Part shown: positions 33,385 to 49,012 of the stretch, in pieces
Layout of the letters: each line of letters begins with the position of its first letter
Position numbering within the stretch: position 1 is the first letter of the stretch
Source: the human T2T-CHM13v2.0 reference genome, Homo sapiens
Direction: 5' to 3' (one strand)
DNA length: 64,000 nt
Assembly (NCBI RefSeq): GCF_009914755.1
Contig: NC_060932.1
Position numbers and translations under genes: made by a program
The notes under the pieces: generated by a model
What the model was told of the DNA's origin: nothing
Databases searched by the model: none
Seen by the model: the letters and a program-made list of their open reading frames with translations, nothing else

Positions 33385-33560
33385 CTCATTCATGAATTCC
33401 TTCAGCTGCAATTTATTGAGGAGTTACTATATGCTAGATACTTCACTAGGTGCATAGATTCAGTGTGCACAAAACTAGATATATGTCCTATCCTCCAGAG
33501 TTTGCTCTCCCTAGCTAGAGATGTAATTAAAGGGAGAGAAACTGTGATTAAAGGCTAAGA
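33385..33560 (-). mobile_element. L2 3' end
   Basis: cattcatgaattcc...atttattgaggagttactatatgctagatac. Confidence 0.65.
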
Positions 33561-36500
33561 AGAGATGCTTAACAACAACTAGCCTAGTCAAACTGGTATA
33601 ATAGCTTGGTGTTCTAAATATCCAGTAAGAAGAAAGAAGACACATTTATAAATGAGTGGTATGTTCATATCAAATGGAAAATGAACTATTTGCAAATAAT
33701 TTAGAATCAGAAATCCTTCACGTGAGTATATTGTGGTTCGTCCACTGTTTAGTTATATAGCATTAGTCAACATACTTAATTCTCATGATTTACTTATGTG
33801 TAAAGTGAGAATAAATATAAAATTTCAAAAAGGACTGCCAGCCTATAGCAGATACATAAAATGAAATAAGTACATGAAATAAAGTGGAACATGAATAAAG
33901 TGTGGAATAAAGTACGTGAAATCATTTTGTAAATTGTAAAGGAATCTGGGGATGTTATGTGACATATAAACAAAGTACCATATGAAGAACTTCTTACACT
34001 CTATTTGAACTTAGTCTATGAATACTCATTAGTAATGGCCTGTTTGAAATGTTTATTAGAACAAGAAGTGCAGGACCATAAATTGCTTATTATTTTGGGT
34101 CATTTAATTATAAGACTAAAATTATCAATTTTTAAAAGATTAAAGTCTGCAAAATGGCTGCACTTTTAGAGCTATTTTTTGGTGGTTGTTAAAATTTATC
34201 TGATCTGTTAACTTGTCACTGGACAATTTTAAAGAAGTATGCAGTTTAAAGTTCTTATCCAAATAAACCTATCTTTAATGTAGTTACATCCCCATACATT
34301 AAGTTATGGAGATAAACTAAGGTTTCCCAAAAATGTTTCTTTACTAAAACAAAAAATACTCAGGCTTTCCAACTTTCATAAAATGGGTCAAAATTAAATT
34401 TCAAGAGTGAGATGTTTCCTTAATGTTTCCTTAAATGAACTGTTGACAAGTCTTTGGAACATTGCAGTATTAAATTTGGCTTCCCTCACAATAAGGCTTC
34501 TTCTGTACAGATTGTTAAAATCTAGTCACCACACAACCATAGATCCAGAATTTTCATTTTTGTTCCAAAATGTCACTGGAAGGGATTTTGCCCTTGCAAA
34601 CTGCATAAAATTTACAGTAGAATATTTGTAAAAGCAGAATGCTGAAATAGATCTGCTTTGATTCCTTGGTAAAGAGAAAAGAAGGGCAAGAAGCTTCAGC
34701 TTCTATTTACCCTGGCATTAACTCAAGATAAGCCTTAAAATTACTTTTTGGTGTACAAACAGTGTGGTTTCCCCATCAAAAGGTTATTTGTTATAAAAGA
34801 GCTTTATTCTGTAAGATATTGGGTACATTCACTTTTTAATTAGAGCTGCCAAACTCTGGGCCAGTGTGAGGTCAAAATCATGTCTTTTTATGATGCTCTT
34901 TTTCCTGATTATAAAAGTAATAATAAAGCAATAGGACCAATTTTTCCCCCCAGAGGATTCTCTCAAGTTAACTGCACCATGAAAAAATTAACCATAAACA
35001 GATGCCCTGATTTTGCCCTTTTAATAAAACAATGTCTCGAAAGCTTTTTCAAATACTACAATGCAGTACAGAGAGACTGTTTGGGGTGAAAATGGGATCG
35101 TGTTGTTATTATTGTTGTTATTTTTTATATTTATCTGGCACTGAATGAATGAATGAATAAGTAAATGAGCTTTCACATGAGCCAGACTGTTTTATTTTCT
35201 CTTGCCCTGACAAATGGGCAGGCAACAAAAAACAGGGGTGATCAAATACAAATTTTATCCTGTTTCAGTGTTTATTGCTGAGAGTTGTGAAGCAATATCA
35301 AGAACACAATGACTCTGCAGGAGAACTTTTACCACTTAAGTCTTAATAATGAAACCTTTATAGTCAACTCGAAATATAAAATCAATGTTTATTTTTCCAC
35401 TACCAATTTTCGTTTTCCTAGTCTCCATACTTATTTAATTTGTTAATTTCTTACTTCATAGGCAAGGGTGAACAGGTCCTAAAATAAAGTAGTTATTGCT
35501 CAACTTTGAGTCTCAGATTTACCTTTTTAGATATATACTTTCATAAAAAAATGAAAGTTTTGGATACTAGTCGTTGTTGAAAGAAGAAATCATCTTGCAG
35601 TTCACAAATCTTCCCACTGCAAAGCCAGAGCAAAGGTTAAGGGTCTCAGCATAGGGTTTTCCTATAAAAGTCACAGTAAAGAGTAAAAAACATCAGTGCA
35701 ATTCAAAGGAAAAAGACCAATCTTCGGCATTGGGGCGAGGTTGGAAAGATTTGGAGAAGAGGACAACCATGAGGCAGAAACAACTTCCCTTTTACTCAAC
35801 TACTCAGGTCAACGCTGAAAGAGGAGATAGGATGTTCTGAGAAGAAATGATAGAACACAGGGAAGAAGTTTGGAAAGCTGAGAGGAGACTATATCACAGG
35901 AAACAGTGTAACATCATGGTTCCACTGAAACAGAGAATGAGTAAAGATTTCAAGTCATGAAGCAGTGTGGGCCAGTGTCTGTGACCGCTGTGGCACACAC
36001 AGGGGCTTTTGATGGCTGACAGGAGGATATAGAAGTGATGAAAAGCTGATTTTCAGTGGCACTATTGCAGGACAACCAATGATACGAAGCCCCCAGGGAC
36101 ATCTCCATGGAGATAGCATGGACTCAGAAAATGGTGGGCCAAACAGAGGTCCTTTCCTCCCTGCCATGAGATTAGAGACTCTTTGTCCTGCGTCATTATC
36201 ATACCTCCTGGGGAAAGAAATGGGGAAGAGAAAACTCTTCTTGATGAGAAGTTTGACATGACTATCTAAAAGACACAAACAACCGGAATAAGTGTTGGCT
36301 TACCAAGATTGAAGTTTTATTTTCCTTTTCTTTATCCTCTCCTTAGTCACTGAGAAAGGGTGCCTGAGATGAAGATGAGATCAATTCTAGAAAATAAATC
36401 ATGCCACAGATTAACATATCTGAGTTGTAGTGGGTAAATTCTGAGTGCATAAAAGTGGTATTACCTGGACATTCCACAGCACTCCCCCAAACTCTGTTTC

Positions 36501-36904
36501 CATTCTTTGCTGTGGGACTGTAGCAAGGTGGTATTAACTTTCCCAGGCTTAAACTGAATTTTTGGAAGAAAAAGGAAACTTGTTTATTCTGAGTAAAATC
36601 TCATAGTTGTGAGCTTACACAACTATACTCTCCCACAAAAGAAAGAATAAGGGCCAATTATAATCATTTTAGTACCATTGGTTATGACTTTAAACACAAT
36701 TTTATTAAAAAGCAAAGGTATACTCAAAGCCATGTATCCAAAACAAACTATAGTTCAGAAAAATTATAACATACTAAATTCTGTTTTTGGAAAATAACAT
36801 TTTCTAAATTATGCGAAATTAATATACATTATACAAATATTTCTAAGTATTTATTACGTTGAATGGTAATACTTGATTGAGTTGCAATTCTCTTATTTTA
36901 GTGA

Positions 36905-37200
36905 TTTTTTTTTCTTTTTTTTTGAGACAGACTCTCATTCTGTCACCCAGGCTGGAGTGCAGTGGCATGATTTTGGCTCACTGCAATTCGTCTCCCTGGT
37001 TCAAGCAATTCTAATGCCTCAGCCTCCTGAGTAGCTGGGACTACAGGCAAGTGCCACCATGCCCAGTTAATTTTTGTAATTTAGTAGAGATGGGGTTTCA
37101 CCATGTTGGTCAGGCTGGTCTCGAACTCCTGACCTTAAGTGATCCACATGCTTCAGCCTCCCAAAGTGCTGGGATTATGGGTGTGAGCCACCGTGGCTGG
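36905..37200 (-). mobile_element. AluS
   Basis: Antisense dimer with TSD cttattttagtgatttt on both sides; (TA)n follows at 37243-37286. Confidence 0.96.
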
Positions 37201-37235
37201 ACTTATTTTAGTGATTTTCTACAGTAGTATAAAGC

Positions 37236-37288
<53 letters not shown>

Positions 37289-37409
37289 CAGAGAAAAATA
37301 TGTTGACAAAATGTAATCACGAGTACATATTTTAGATTTTCTTCTATTTTGCCTGCTTTCCCCTATGAATGTGCTGAAAGAACAAAAGCAGAATAAAAAT
37401 GTCCATATT

Positions 37410-37645
37410 TGTGGACATACAGAGTGGAATAATAGACACTGGAGACTTGAAAATGTGGGAGGGTGAAAAGGGGTAAGGGATTTGAAATTACCTAATGGCT
37501 ACAATATACACTATTCAGGTGATGGTTACACTAAAAGCCTGGACTTCACCACTACGCTATTGCTTAACAAATCCACATAACAGATTTGCACTTGTACCAC
37601 CTAAAGCTATAAAAATAAAAAATATAAAATAAAAAACAAAAAAAG
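37410..37645 (+). mobile_element. L1MA1-3 3' UTR, 5'-truncated
   Basis: ggacatacagagtggaataatagacactggagac...ctaaaagcctggacttcaccactacg plus A-tail. Confidence 0.85.
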
Positions 37646-40004
37646 CAAAACTGTACATGTTTGGATAAATATAATTTCCTGAATAAGTCAAAGAAATTAA
37701 CATCTTGGGTTTTATTTATAGAATAGCTTTACAGGGAGTTTTGATGTCCTTTCCCAATGCTGAATTGAATTATTTAGATAATGCACTTGGACTTGACTTT
37801 GCCAGTGAAAATAAGCCCAAAAAGATGGAGAAATGCACATCTTTTAAATCTCATTTTCCTAACCCATAAAATTAGGAGTTTGGACTAAATTATAGCTAAA
37901 TATTTAATGTGCTAAAGTTCTCTTATTTAGGGATTCTTTAAAATTCATCCATACTAGTCTTCATTACTTACCCTAAGTCATAAGAAACAATTATACACAC
38001 ACATACGTCATAGCATTCATATCTATTATATTATTATACTTCAGTTATTTTGAAATTCCATCAAAACTAGCCTGGAGAAAAAAACTAAACAAAACTTCAA
38101 TATCAAGAAAGGGCCCATGTAGCCATCTGGTGGCTACTAAGGGAAATACATTTGAATCTTTCCATCAATATTGAACATTGGTATACAGTATTTTAAAAAA
38201 TAAGCCATTCTTATACTAATTTAATATTTGCATGATTCTAAGAATCACCTAAGACATTTTAATTTCTTATAGATGTATATTTACTTTTATATTTTTCTTT
38301 AAGGCATAGTACTTTTCTCATTCTATTATATATTAATTACTAAGAAATAGACATCATTGTGGCTATTCATTATAAATTATGCCATCATTACACTTTTGAG
38401 ATGATAGCTCCTTTAAAATATAAGCTTCAAATAAACTAAACACATAAGGTTGAATAATTATGGATTATGGATAAGCTTTTTATAAATATCTATGTATTAC
38501 TTATGTTTGCATATAGGACCTTTCGATCAATATGCATATATTAATACATATATACTGACAAGTGTCAGGCTCCATAATCATATAAAAAGTATAGATCATG
38601 TTTTGAAAAATAACATAAAGACATATACAAGTGGTAATATATAAACATATCCTGACATTGTTAAACTTCACTAAAGTACGAAAACATCAAAGATCATATG
38701 CTGTTTGAAGAAAGTTAATTGCAAGAAAAAAATCTACCTATGTAGATTTACCCACATATTGCTATGACCTATGTAATGCCTTGCCTGTGTAATGCTTTCA
38801 GAAATTATTGCTCATTTAGAAAATTTTACAAATATTCTGAATATGTCTTTTAGAAAAATAGACATTTTTCAATGCAGCTGTTTCTAAGCAATAAAATAAA
38901 AGCTAGTTTATAATTTAATATGACCATGATAAAATGAAACAATTATTATGGATATTATTAGTGAAGTTTTGCAAATAGAGGCAAAATAAACGTGTAAATT
39001 TACCAGAGGAATATTTTGCTATATATCTATGTTAAAAAGAAAAAGGAAATAAGTGAAAAACTATTTTAAAAATTCATGTGCTATAGTTTTCCCAAAAGGC
39101 AATGATATTCTTAATATACTGAAATATAACAGTTGCTAAAAAAATGCAAGTTTATGAGATTAGCAGTGCATTTGCATAACAATAATGTTATTACTATTTT
39201 GCTAGGCATTTGTGACATCATTGTATACTGTATTTAACTCAATGTTTATTTAAATGTGAAACCTCATGTACACATATTGTTCAGACAAAACCTTGCTCAA
39301 AATTGATTTTCAAATGTATAATATTTTTCTTCTGTGTAATTTTATTGCTAACTTTATGAATAGTGAGTTTTTCAGTCAATAAAGTGTATAGAAACAATAC
39401 ACAAAGTTTTAGTGAGGTTATGATGGAAATTTAAAAGTCAATGAATCTGATAACAAAGGAAATCAAGGAAAAAATTAAAATGCTCAACACCACTAAACTT
39501 TCAATTTTAACCTTTACACCTAGAGATGGCAATGTGAATAGTAAGTTCTCATTAAAACTGGTGATTTTTATAATCAATCTGTAGATATAACACAGAGATG
39601 ATCAAGACTGCCTTCCTCAATTCCTGACTTCAAGCACAATTCTGTCCTGCTCAAGCCAAAAACAAAAGAAACTAAACAAACAAAAAAACGCAACTGAAAA
39701 CATCACATTTTAAGGATACAAAAGAATAAGCAAATATGCTAAAATCGTATGTATGAAACAAACATTTATTACCTACACCTACCTAAGCTTTTTTCTAAGT
39801 CTAGAATATTGGTGTGAACGTTCTTTACCAAGGGTTTTGGCCCTTTAATACTATTCTCAGAACCATTTTTGTTGGCTTGTATTTTAATGAATGGATAAGA
39901 GTACTGATTCCAGAGACACACTTGTCTGGTCTAAATGTCAATTCTACTGGTTAATAAACATCCCTTCTTGAAAATAATAAGAAAACATTAGTATTACAAT
40001 AATA

Positions 40005-40898
40005 CTTTTTTATTGTAAAATTAGAGAACTGATTGCATATGTATTCATTATATATAAGTGAATAATTATAAAGTGAACAATCAAATAGCTACCACGTAGG
40101 TCAAGAGATAGAGTTTTCCCTATAACCAAAACTTCACCATTTGACCCTTTCATATTGTCTCGCTTTTTTTTTTTTTTGATAGTTTTACTACACCAGCATG
40201 AACACTTTACAATATATTTTAAATTTTTCCAGGTTTGATTTTCATGTAAATGAAATCATACCATATTCATTCATTTATATCTTGATGCTTTCTCTCAACA
40301 TTACGTTTGTGAGATTTACTCATGTCGTGTGCAGCTGCAGTGAGTTCATTTTCATAGCTGTATAGAGTTTGAATGTGTATATAAACATATACTTTCATTC
40401 AAACTCTATACAGCTATGAAAACATATATATACAGCTATAAATACAGCTATGAATACACACACACACATATATATATTTTTCTATTCTAGTATCAATGGG
40501 CACTTGCATTATTTCCAGTTTAGAGCTGTTACAAACAAAATCACTACAAAGATTCTTGTACATGCAACCTGGAGAAAATGTGCAAGACTATCTCTAGGGT
40601 ATGATTCTAGGAGTGTAATTGCTAGGTTTACTATATTTGTCTTGTATCTCTAATTCTACGGCTGAACTTTTTTCCCCAAAGTAGTTGCTCCAATATGTAG
40701 CCCCATCTTCCTTTTGGAGGACAGTTTCCTTTACTAAGCACACTTCCCAAAATATGTTATTGTCACACTTTTCAAGTTTTGTGTAATAGGTTATCTAATG
40801 GCATCACATTTTGGTTAAATTCCACAATTCCTCGACTACAAATAGGATTGATCATCTTTTTACTTCCTTGTTGGCCATTTATGTTTCCTCTTTTGTAG
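40005..40898 (-). mobile_element. L1ME-like 3' region
   Basis: ctcaacattacgtttgtgagatttactcatg, tgggcacttgcattatttccagttt, ggagtgtaattgctagg. Confidence 0.7.
40349..40422. repeat. Perfect 27-bp inverted repeat with 20-nt spacer
   Basis: ttttcatagctgtatagagtttgaatg (40349-40375) is the exact reverse complement of 40396-40422. Confidence 0.97.
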
Positions 40899-40899
40899 A

Positions 40900-41198
<299 letters not shown>

Positions 41199-41309
41199 AG
41201 ATGTCGTTACTTCAACTTGACTTTTGAATACCTGCTGCATCAAATTTTAGATGACATGTTTCTCTCTTTTAAATTTTTAGATGACAGGTTTCTCTCTTTT
41301 CTCACTTTA

Positions 41310-41695
<386 letters not shown>

Positions 41696-42194
41696 TTATG
41701 TAATATGTCTTCTATGTCTTCTCACCTTTCTTGGAGCATTTTAAATATTTTCTAAAGATGTTTAAAAATCTCTTTCTTTATTCTTATTTTATTTTGCTTT
41801 ATTTTACTTTTGTGAGAAGGAGTCTCACTCTATTGCCCAGGCTGGAGTGCAGTAGTGTAATCTTGGCTTACTGCAACCTCCACCTGCCAGGTTCAAACAA
41901 TTAGAAAAAATTTTTATGTGTGTCTTTCTTTACTGTTTAGGAATATGACTATGATATGGAGAGGTGTGATTTTCTTTGTATTCATTCTGGTTGAGAGTCA
42001 TTACGTTGAGATTTGTGAACCTGTATATTAATGCTTTTTATAAAAATTGTAAAATCGGCCGGGCACAGTTGCTCAAACCTGTAATCCCAGCACTTTGGGA
42101 GGAGACCAGCCTGGCCAACACAGTGAAACCCCGTCTCTATTAAAAATACAAAAATGACCGGGGCATGGTGGCGGGCACCTGTAATCCCAGCTAT

Positions 42195-43344
<1,150 letters not shown>

Positions 43345-44161
43345 TCACCAATATTTTTTTCCATTCCTTTTTTTTCCTCTTCCTGGGATTTCAATTACAT
43401 GTATATTAGACCACTTCATAAAATCTTACAGGTACTGATTTTTTGCTCATTTTTTTCACCCTTTTTTTCTTTTTCTGCTTCAATTTGGATAATTACTATG
43501 ACTCTATTTTAATTTCATTTATCATTCTGTAGTATTCAATCTTTTATTAAACCCAATGAATAGATGTTTGATTTCAGACTATCTATAATGTATGCAAATT
43601 TTGCTCTCAGAATTTCCACTTCTATCTTGAAATGCCTCATCCTTTCACTCACTGTATCCACCTTTTTCTCTAAATTTATTCATATATCTATAATAGTCAT
43701 TTTAAACAACCTAATCTGAACCTTGTGTGTTTTTCTTATTCATGAGTCACACATATTCCTTTTTCTTTGCTGTTTTGTTACTTTTAATTGTATACTAGAC
43801 ATTGTGTACAGAAGAACAATGGAGATTAAAATATGATTTTGTTTTACTTAGTTTTATTTGTCAGAAAGTGCAACCCTTTTCCTCGGCCTGACAATGAGTA
43901 GAGGAGTAATTATTTAGATAATTTCTGAAGTTGAATTGAACCAAAGCTGGGTTGTACCTTTAAATTCAGTTGAATTTGACTATGATCAGTGGCATTCTCA
44001 ACCTCTCATTTTCCTGTCATGTTTATTATATCAGTATTTGAGATGAAAATTGGATTGGATTTCAATTTCAGGTATTTTTGAACCAAGAGTTGAGATTTAC
44101 ATGTGGCAATCCATGATTAAATGTAGTTCTATGTGATTTCTTCCCACTTTTCTCTCAAATC

Positions 44162-44195
<34 letters not shown>

Positions 44196-44283
44196 TAGAG
44201 AGGATGCAAAATTCAGGCTTGTATTGATTGGAGCCAAAAGAGAATTGTCAGGTAGAACAACTTATTTTGGATTCAGGGCTCTA

Positions 44284-44760
44284 GTTACCAAACTGAACTG
44301 GATTTGTTTGCTCACACGCATTGGAAAGCCAAACACCAAAGCATCAGGTTTTCATAGAGAGAAAAGTTTATTGTGAGTCACCTGGCAAGGGGACAGGAGG
44401 CAATGCTCAAATCTGTCTCTCTGAGCTGAAGGCTGGGGCAGGTCTTATAGGCAGAGGGTAATAAGACACGAGCTGATTGGATCTTGCAATGAAGTGGTGT
44501 TGGGAGGTGTGATCTTATTGGATCGCATCATGGGGTGATGCCAGGGCTCAGTCTGATTAGATCATGGATCATGCCGTGTGGTGTCAGTTTCTTAGTTTGG
44601 TCCCGTTTCTTGGTCCAAGCACTTACCTTCCTCCTGTGGTTGCACACTTGGTTTATCTAAGCATGTTTAGGTGACATAACTTGCAACTTGGGGTCCATGG
44701 CAACTGAAAAACAACTCATTGTTTTATTACCCAAAGTTGAACAAGGTTGGGTTAGTTTTA
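44284..44760 (-). mobile_element. Solo ERV1-class LTR (MER31/MER67-like)
   Basis: About 480 bp with antisense AATAAA (tttatt near 44368), TATA-like ttataggc and repeated ctgattgg (CCAAT) boxes in LTR order. Confidence 0.65.
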
Positions 44761-45037
44761 TAATTGCACTCTTTCTCATTCGATTTCATCTCTTCAGCCT
44801 ATGCTATTGTCTAGGCTTAGCTGATTTCTTCTATTCTTGGAAGAGTTTCTCCTATGTCAGGCTTTTTCTCTGTCCAAACCTATCTAGACTAGATACCCAA
44901 CCCTAGTAATGGAAGCTGACATCATGGTTGTCTGCTCACCTATGGAGAGCTCGTTTCTCTCTAGAATTCAATTTATTGAGCCTCTTTGTATCCACTGTTC
45001 TTTGCTAGTTGCAAACAAAATTGTGATTTTTTAGCAA

Positions 45038-45555
<518 letters not shown>

Positions 45556-45917
45556 AAAATTGTGATTTTTATTTTGTCTGTATTTTTCTTGTTGCCATGG
45601 GTATTTCTACATTTTTAGAAGAATGCCATTTATCTGTGACCATATTAGACACAACATGATGCTGATCCAAGAAAGTGAGGCACAATAGGTTTAAAGAATA
45701 AATATGCTTAACACAATGGATATTTCCAAGTGTGTGTGCCTATCTTTCTATCAATGCACAAATATTTCACTGAATTACTGCAGCTTTAGGGTAAGTATTG
45801 ATCACTGTTAGGGCAAGTTCCCTCTCTCCTTTTTATTCTTGAAAAGCATAATGGATTTTCTTGGCTTTTTGGCACTTTATCAAAACATACATTCCTTCAA
45901 CTTGGGAGAACTGATGA

Positions 45918-46130
45918 CATTATAAAAGGAAGAGAGACAGGAGCAAGCACACTGAGTCCCCTCAGCATGTGATGCCCTGTGCTGCCTTGAGACTTTGAAG
46001 GCTCTCACCCGATACAGTCCCTCGTCCTTGAACTTCTCAGACTCCATAATTGTAAGAAATAAATTGATCTTCTTTATAAATTATCCAGTTTCAAGTATTC
46101 CGTTACAAGCGACAGAAAATGGACTAATGC
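45918..46130 (+). mobile_element. MST (MSTC/D) LTR 3' part
   Basis: ataaaaggaagagagac...catgtgatgccctgtgctgcctt...aataaattgatcttctttataaattatccagt...aaaatggactaa. Confidence 0.8.
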
Positions 46131-48723
46131 CGCATGGGAACTTGTCTGAGTTTATATCGTATCAGTTTCTGATTCAAGAGGAAAGAGTAGAAATTTCTCC
46201 ACTGTAGAAATTCAAGGAGGGACTCTGATTTTTCCAGTTTGGATCAATTATTCACCTTTTGGACACTATGATCCAAGGTATGGAAACTAATCATTAGCTC
46301 AGCCCAAATGTGTCCCTCTGTTTGTCTGGAGAATGGGATAAACTGGGGCAGAGTACTCTGACTAGCCACCCATTATAAACTAGTAAAAACCACAGGGTGA
46401 GGGGGAGTAGGTCTTAAAGATTATGTGGGGGGTGAGGTGAGTTGGAGGTGGGACTGTTCTGATGTCACCCAGAAAATGGGAGGAAGGCTGGGCAGAAGAA
46501 AACAACAACAAGCTCCTGGCAAGGAGAAACTATAGTTTTTCAATGTCTTTCTCTCCCCCCATCCCTCATATCTCCTCTGAACAGAGAGAGTGGTTTCTGA
46601 GGTAAACTGATCACAGGAAATATCTATGGGCTGAATTTATGAATCAAAGCTATGCAGTTTTAAAACATATTCAGAAGAAATTTTGCTTTGCAACTATGTA
46701 TGGATCAAAAGAATGATTTTTTTAAACATTGGTGAGATAGGTACCAGTGTCAAAAAAATAAAGGAAGATAGAAGGTTTAGAGAGTAGGGTAAAGATATTG
46801 AATGTGGAATAAAGATTTATATCAAACACAAGAACAGACGAATACATTTGTTTTAGTGGAAGAGAATTGTAATGACTTTTCTTCTTTCGGTCTCTCCAAA
46901 TCTTATCCATAATTCCAGGCATGACTTATGCACCTTCTTTTCAATCTTAACATCTGTGGAATTCCAACCTTCATCAACCTCTCTGTTCAGTAATCCCACT
47001 CTGTTTATAACTTTTTTGTAATGCCACAAAGTATAAATTTGACCATTTATTTGAAATTGCAGAATAATGAGATATTTATCTCCTTAATAATTTCTTATAA
47101 ATATGTCTTGGATGTCTCAATTAGGTTCTAGATTTTTTAACAGAAAGTGACCAGTCTTCTGCTGCTCTTTAAACCTATTTAGTCCTGATAATAGCTCTGA
47201 ACACACAGTACTTCAGCTAATGTTTGTGGATAGTAAAGTTTCAGAGTGGAATGTTAGGAACTTCCCGCAGGATATATCTTGTTACTGCTTTAAAGGTAGT
47301 TTAAGAAAAAACATGAGGTCTGCTAACTATGCATTTTTATATTTACTGTTAGAGATGCCAAGTCATCACCATCCTTCTTCTTCTAGAAAAAAAATATGGT
47401 TAAAATCAGAGCCCTATCTCCTCAGTAGACAGGTAAATTTATGCCACTAGAAGAGTATTAATAATCAAAAAAGAGGAAAGGATGAGAAGCTCAACTGGCT
47501 TCTGTAAGCACATCTCATTTGGACTGAAACAACAATTTAGATTCTCTTGGAGTTTGTTATACATTCTTTGGAGAAAATGGTAGAATATAGATAATTAAAA
47601 ATAAAAGAATTCTTTCAAAATGTGATCCAAGTCTATTTTGTTTGTCTCACCTGAAATAGAATAAAGAATTTATATTTTTTCTTAAAAAGTATCTGTGTTA
47701 GGGTCCTTTTCTCAATTAAGTTATTCAGCGTCCATGAAAGTTATGGGGGCAGAAGAACTAGCTCAAATCACTGGGGTGAGCAGTACATAGTACAGGCGGG
47801 AAACTAAATATAAGCCCCATGTAAAAAGGTTTTAGCTAATCTGTCTTTTCTGAGATGAAGGTGGGGGCATAGGTTTTCTTCTTTGCAGAGCTCATCCTAT
47901 TTCTGTATACTTGCAAATGCACCAAATAAATGTCTAAAATTGCATAACTACATTGAACAAGTCAATTTCTCATAAACTATCGTGTATCTTTGTCTTCTAC
48001 ACCCCACGATGCTTTCAAATTCATGTCACATAATTTTTTATTTATAAAACGCTTCTGTAAAAATCAAATAAGCTGAAATATGAAAATAATATTTTAGATT
48101 TCAAATATAGAGAACCAAGAACTTAAAAAAAATGACAGTCATGAGAGAGAAAACTTGGCTTTTACCTAAATTCCAGCATAGAAAATGCGTCCGAGTTTAC
48201 TAAAATAAAGATGTAGCTATTTAGTAGCTCTTTTGTTGTAATACAGACTAGTCAGATGTAGTTTGATTTCTGACTTAGAAGTATGGTTTCTCTTGAAGCT
48301 CAAACATGGTATCTGGTAGTGGCTGATTTTCCTCTGCATCATTTTGGTCACATGTGCTTTGGATGAGATATAGTAATGTCCATGTCTGAATATTGTCAGA
48401 ATAATGAGGTGAATCTAGCAAAGGCTGTAGTCAAGATCGAAAACCAATGCAGCCACAACTGGCTGGACCAAGAATCAAGAATATTCCAGCACATGTACAG
48501 CTCACAAGAAGCAAACTGGGACAGCTAGACACCAGGGACCCTTTGCTGGTCAGTGTTTGGCATGAAGAAGCCATAGAGAATTTTGGTGAAGTAAAGGCAG
48601 AAGAATAAGGAATGATCCTGAATTAACTAAAATTATCTGCAACTCACTAAAGTTAAATTTCTGTGACAGAGAACATTGGAGACTCAAAATGGACCTTAAA
48701 TTCAGTATCAGAAAAGAAATGTG

Positions 48724-49012
48724 GGCAGGGCATGATGGCTCGTGCCTGTAATCCTAGCACTTTGAGAGGCCAAGGCAGGAGAATTGCTTGAACCCAGGAG
48801 TTTGAGACCAGCATGGGCAATACAGCAAAGCCCCTCTGTATAAAAAATAAACCAGACGTGGTGGTGTATGCCTGTGGTCCCAGCTACTTGGAAGGCTGAG
48901 GCAGAAGGATCTCTTGAGCCTGGAAGATAGAGACTGCAGTGAGCCATGTTTATATCACTGTACTCCAGCCTGGGTGACAGAGCAAGACCATATCTCAATC
49001 AATCAATAAATA
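48724..49012 (+). mobile_element. AluJ
   Basis: Diverged dimer. Confidence 0.92.

Noticed and set aside
39783-39930. Minus-strand 49-codon open segment between apparent splice sites
   Set aside because: The acceptor half overlaps a probable MIR fragment and the peptide is unrecognised; likely chance.
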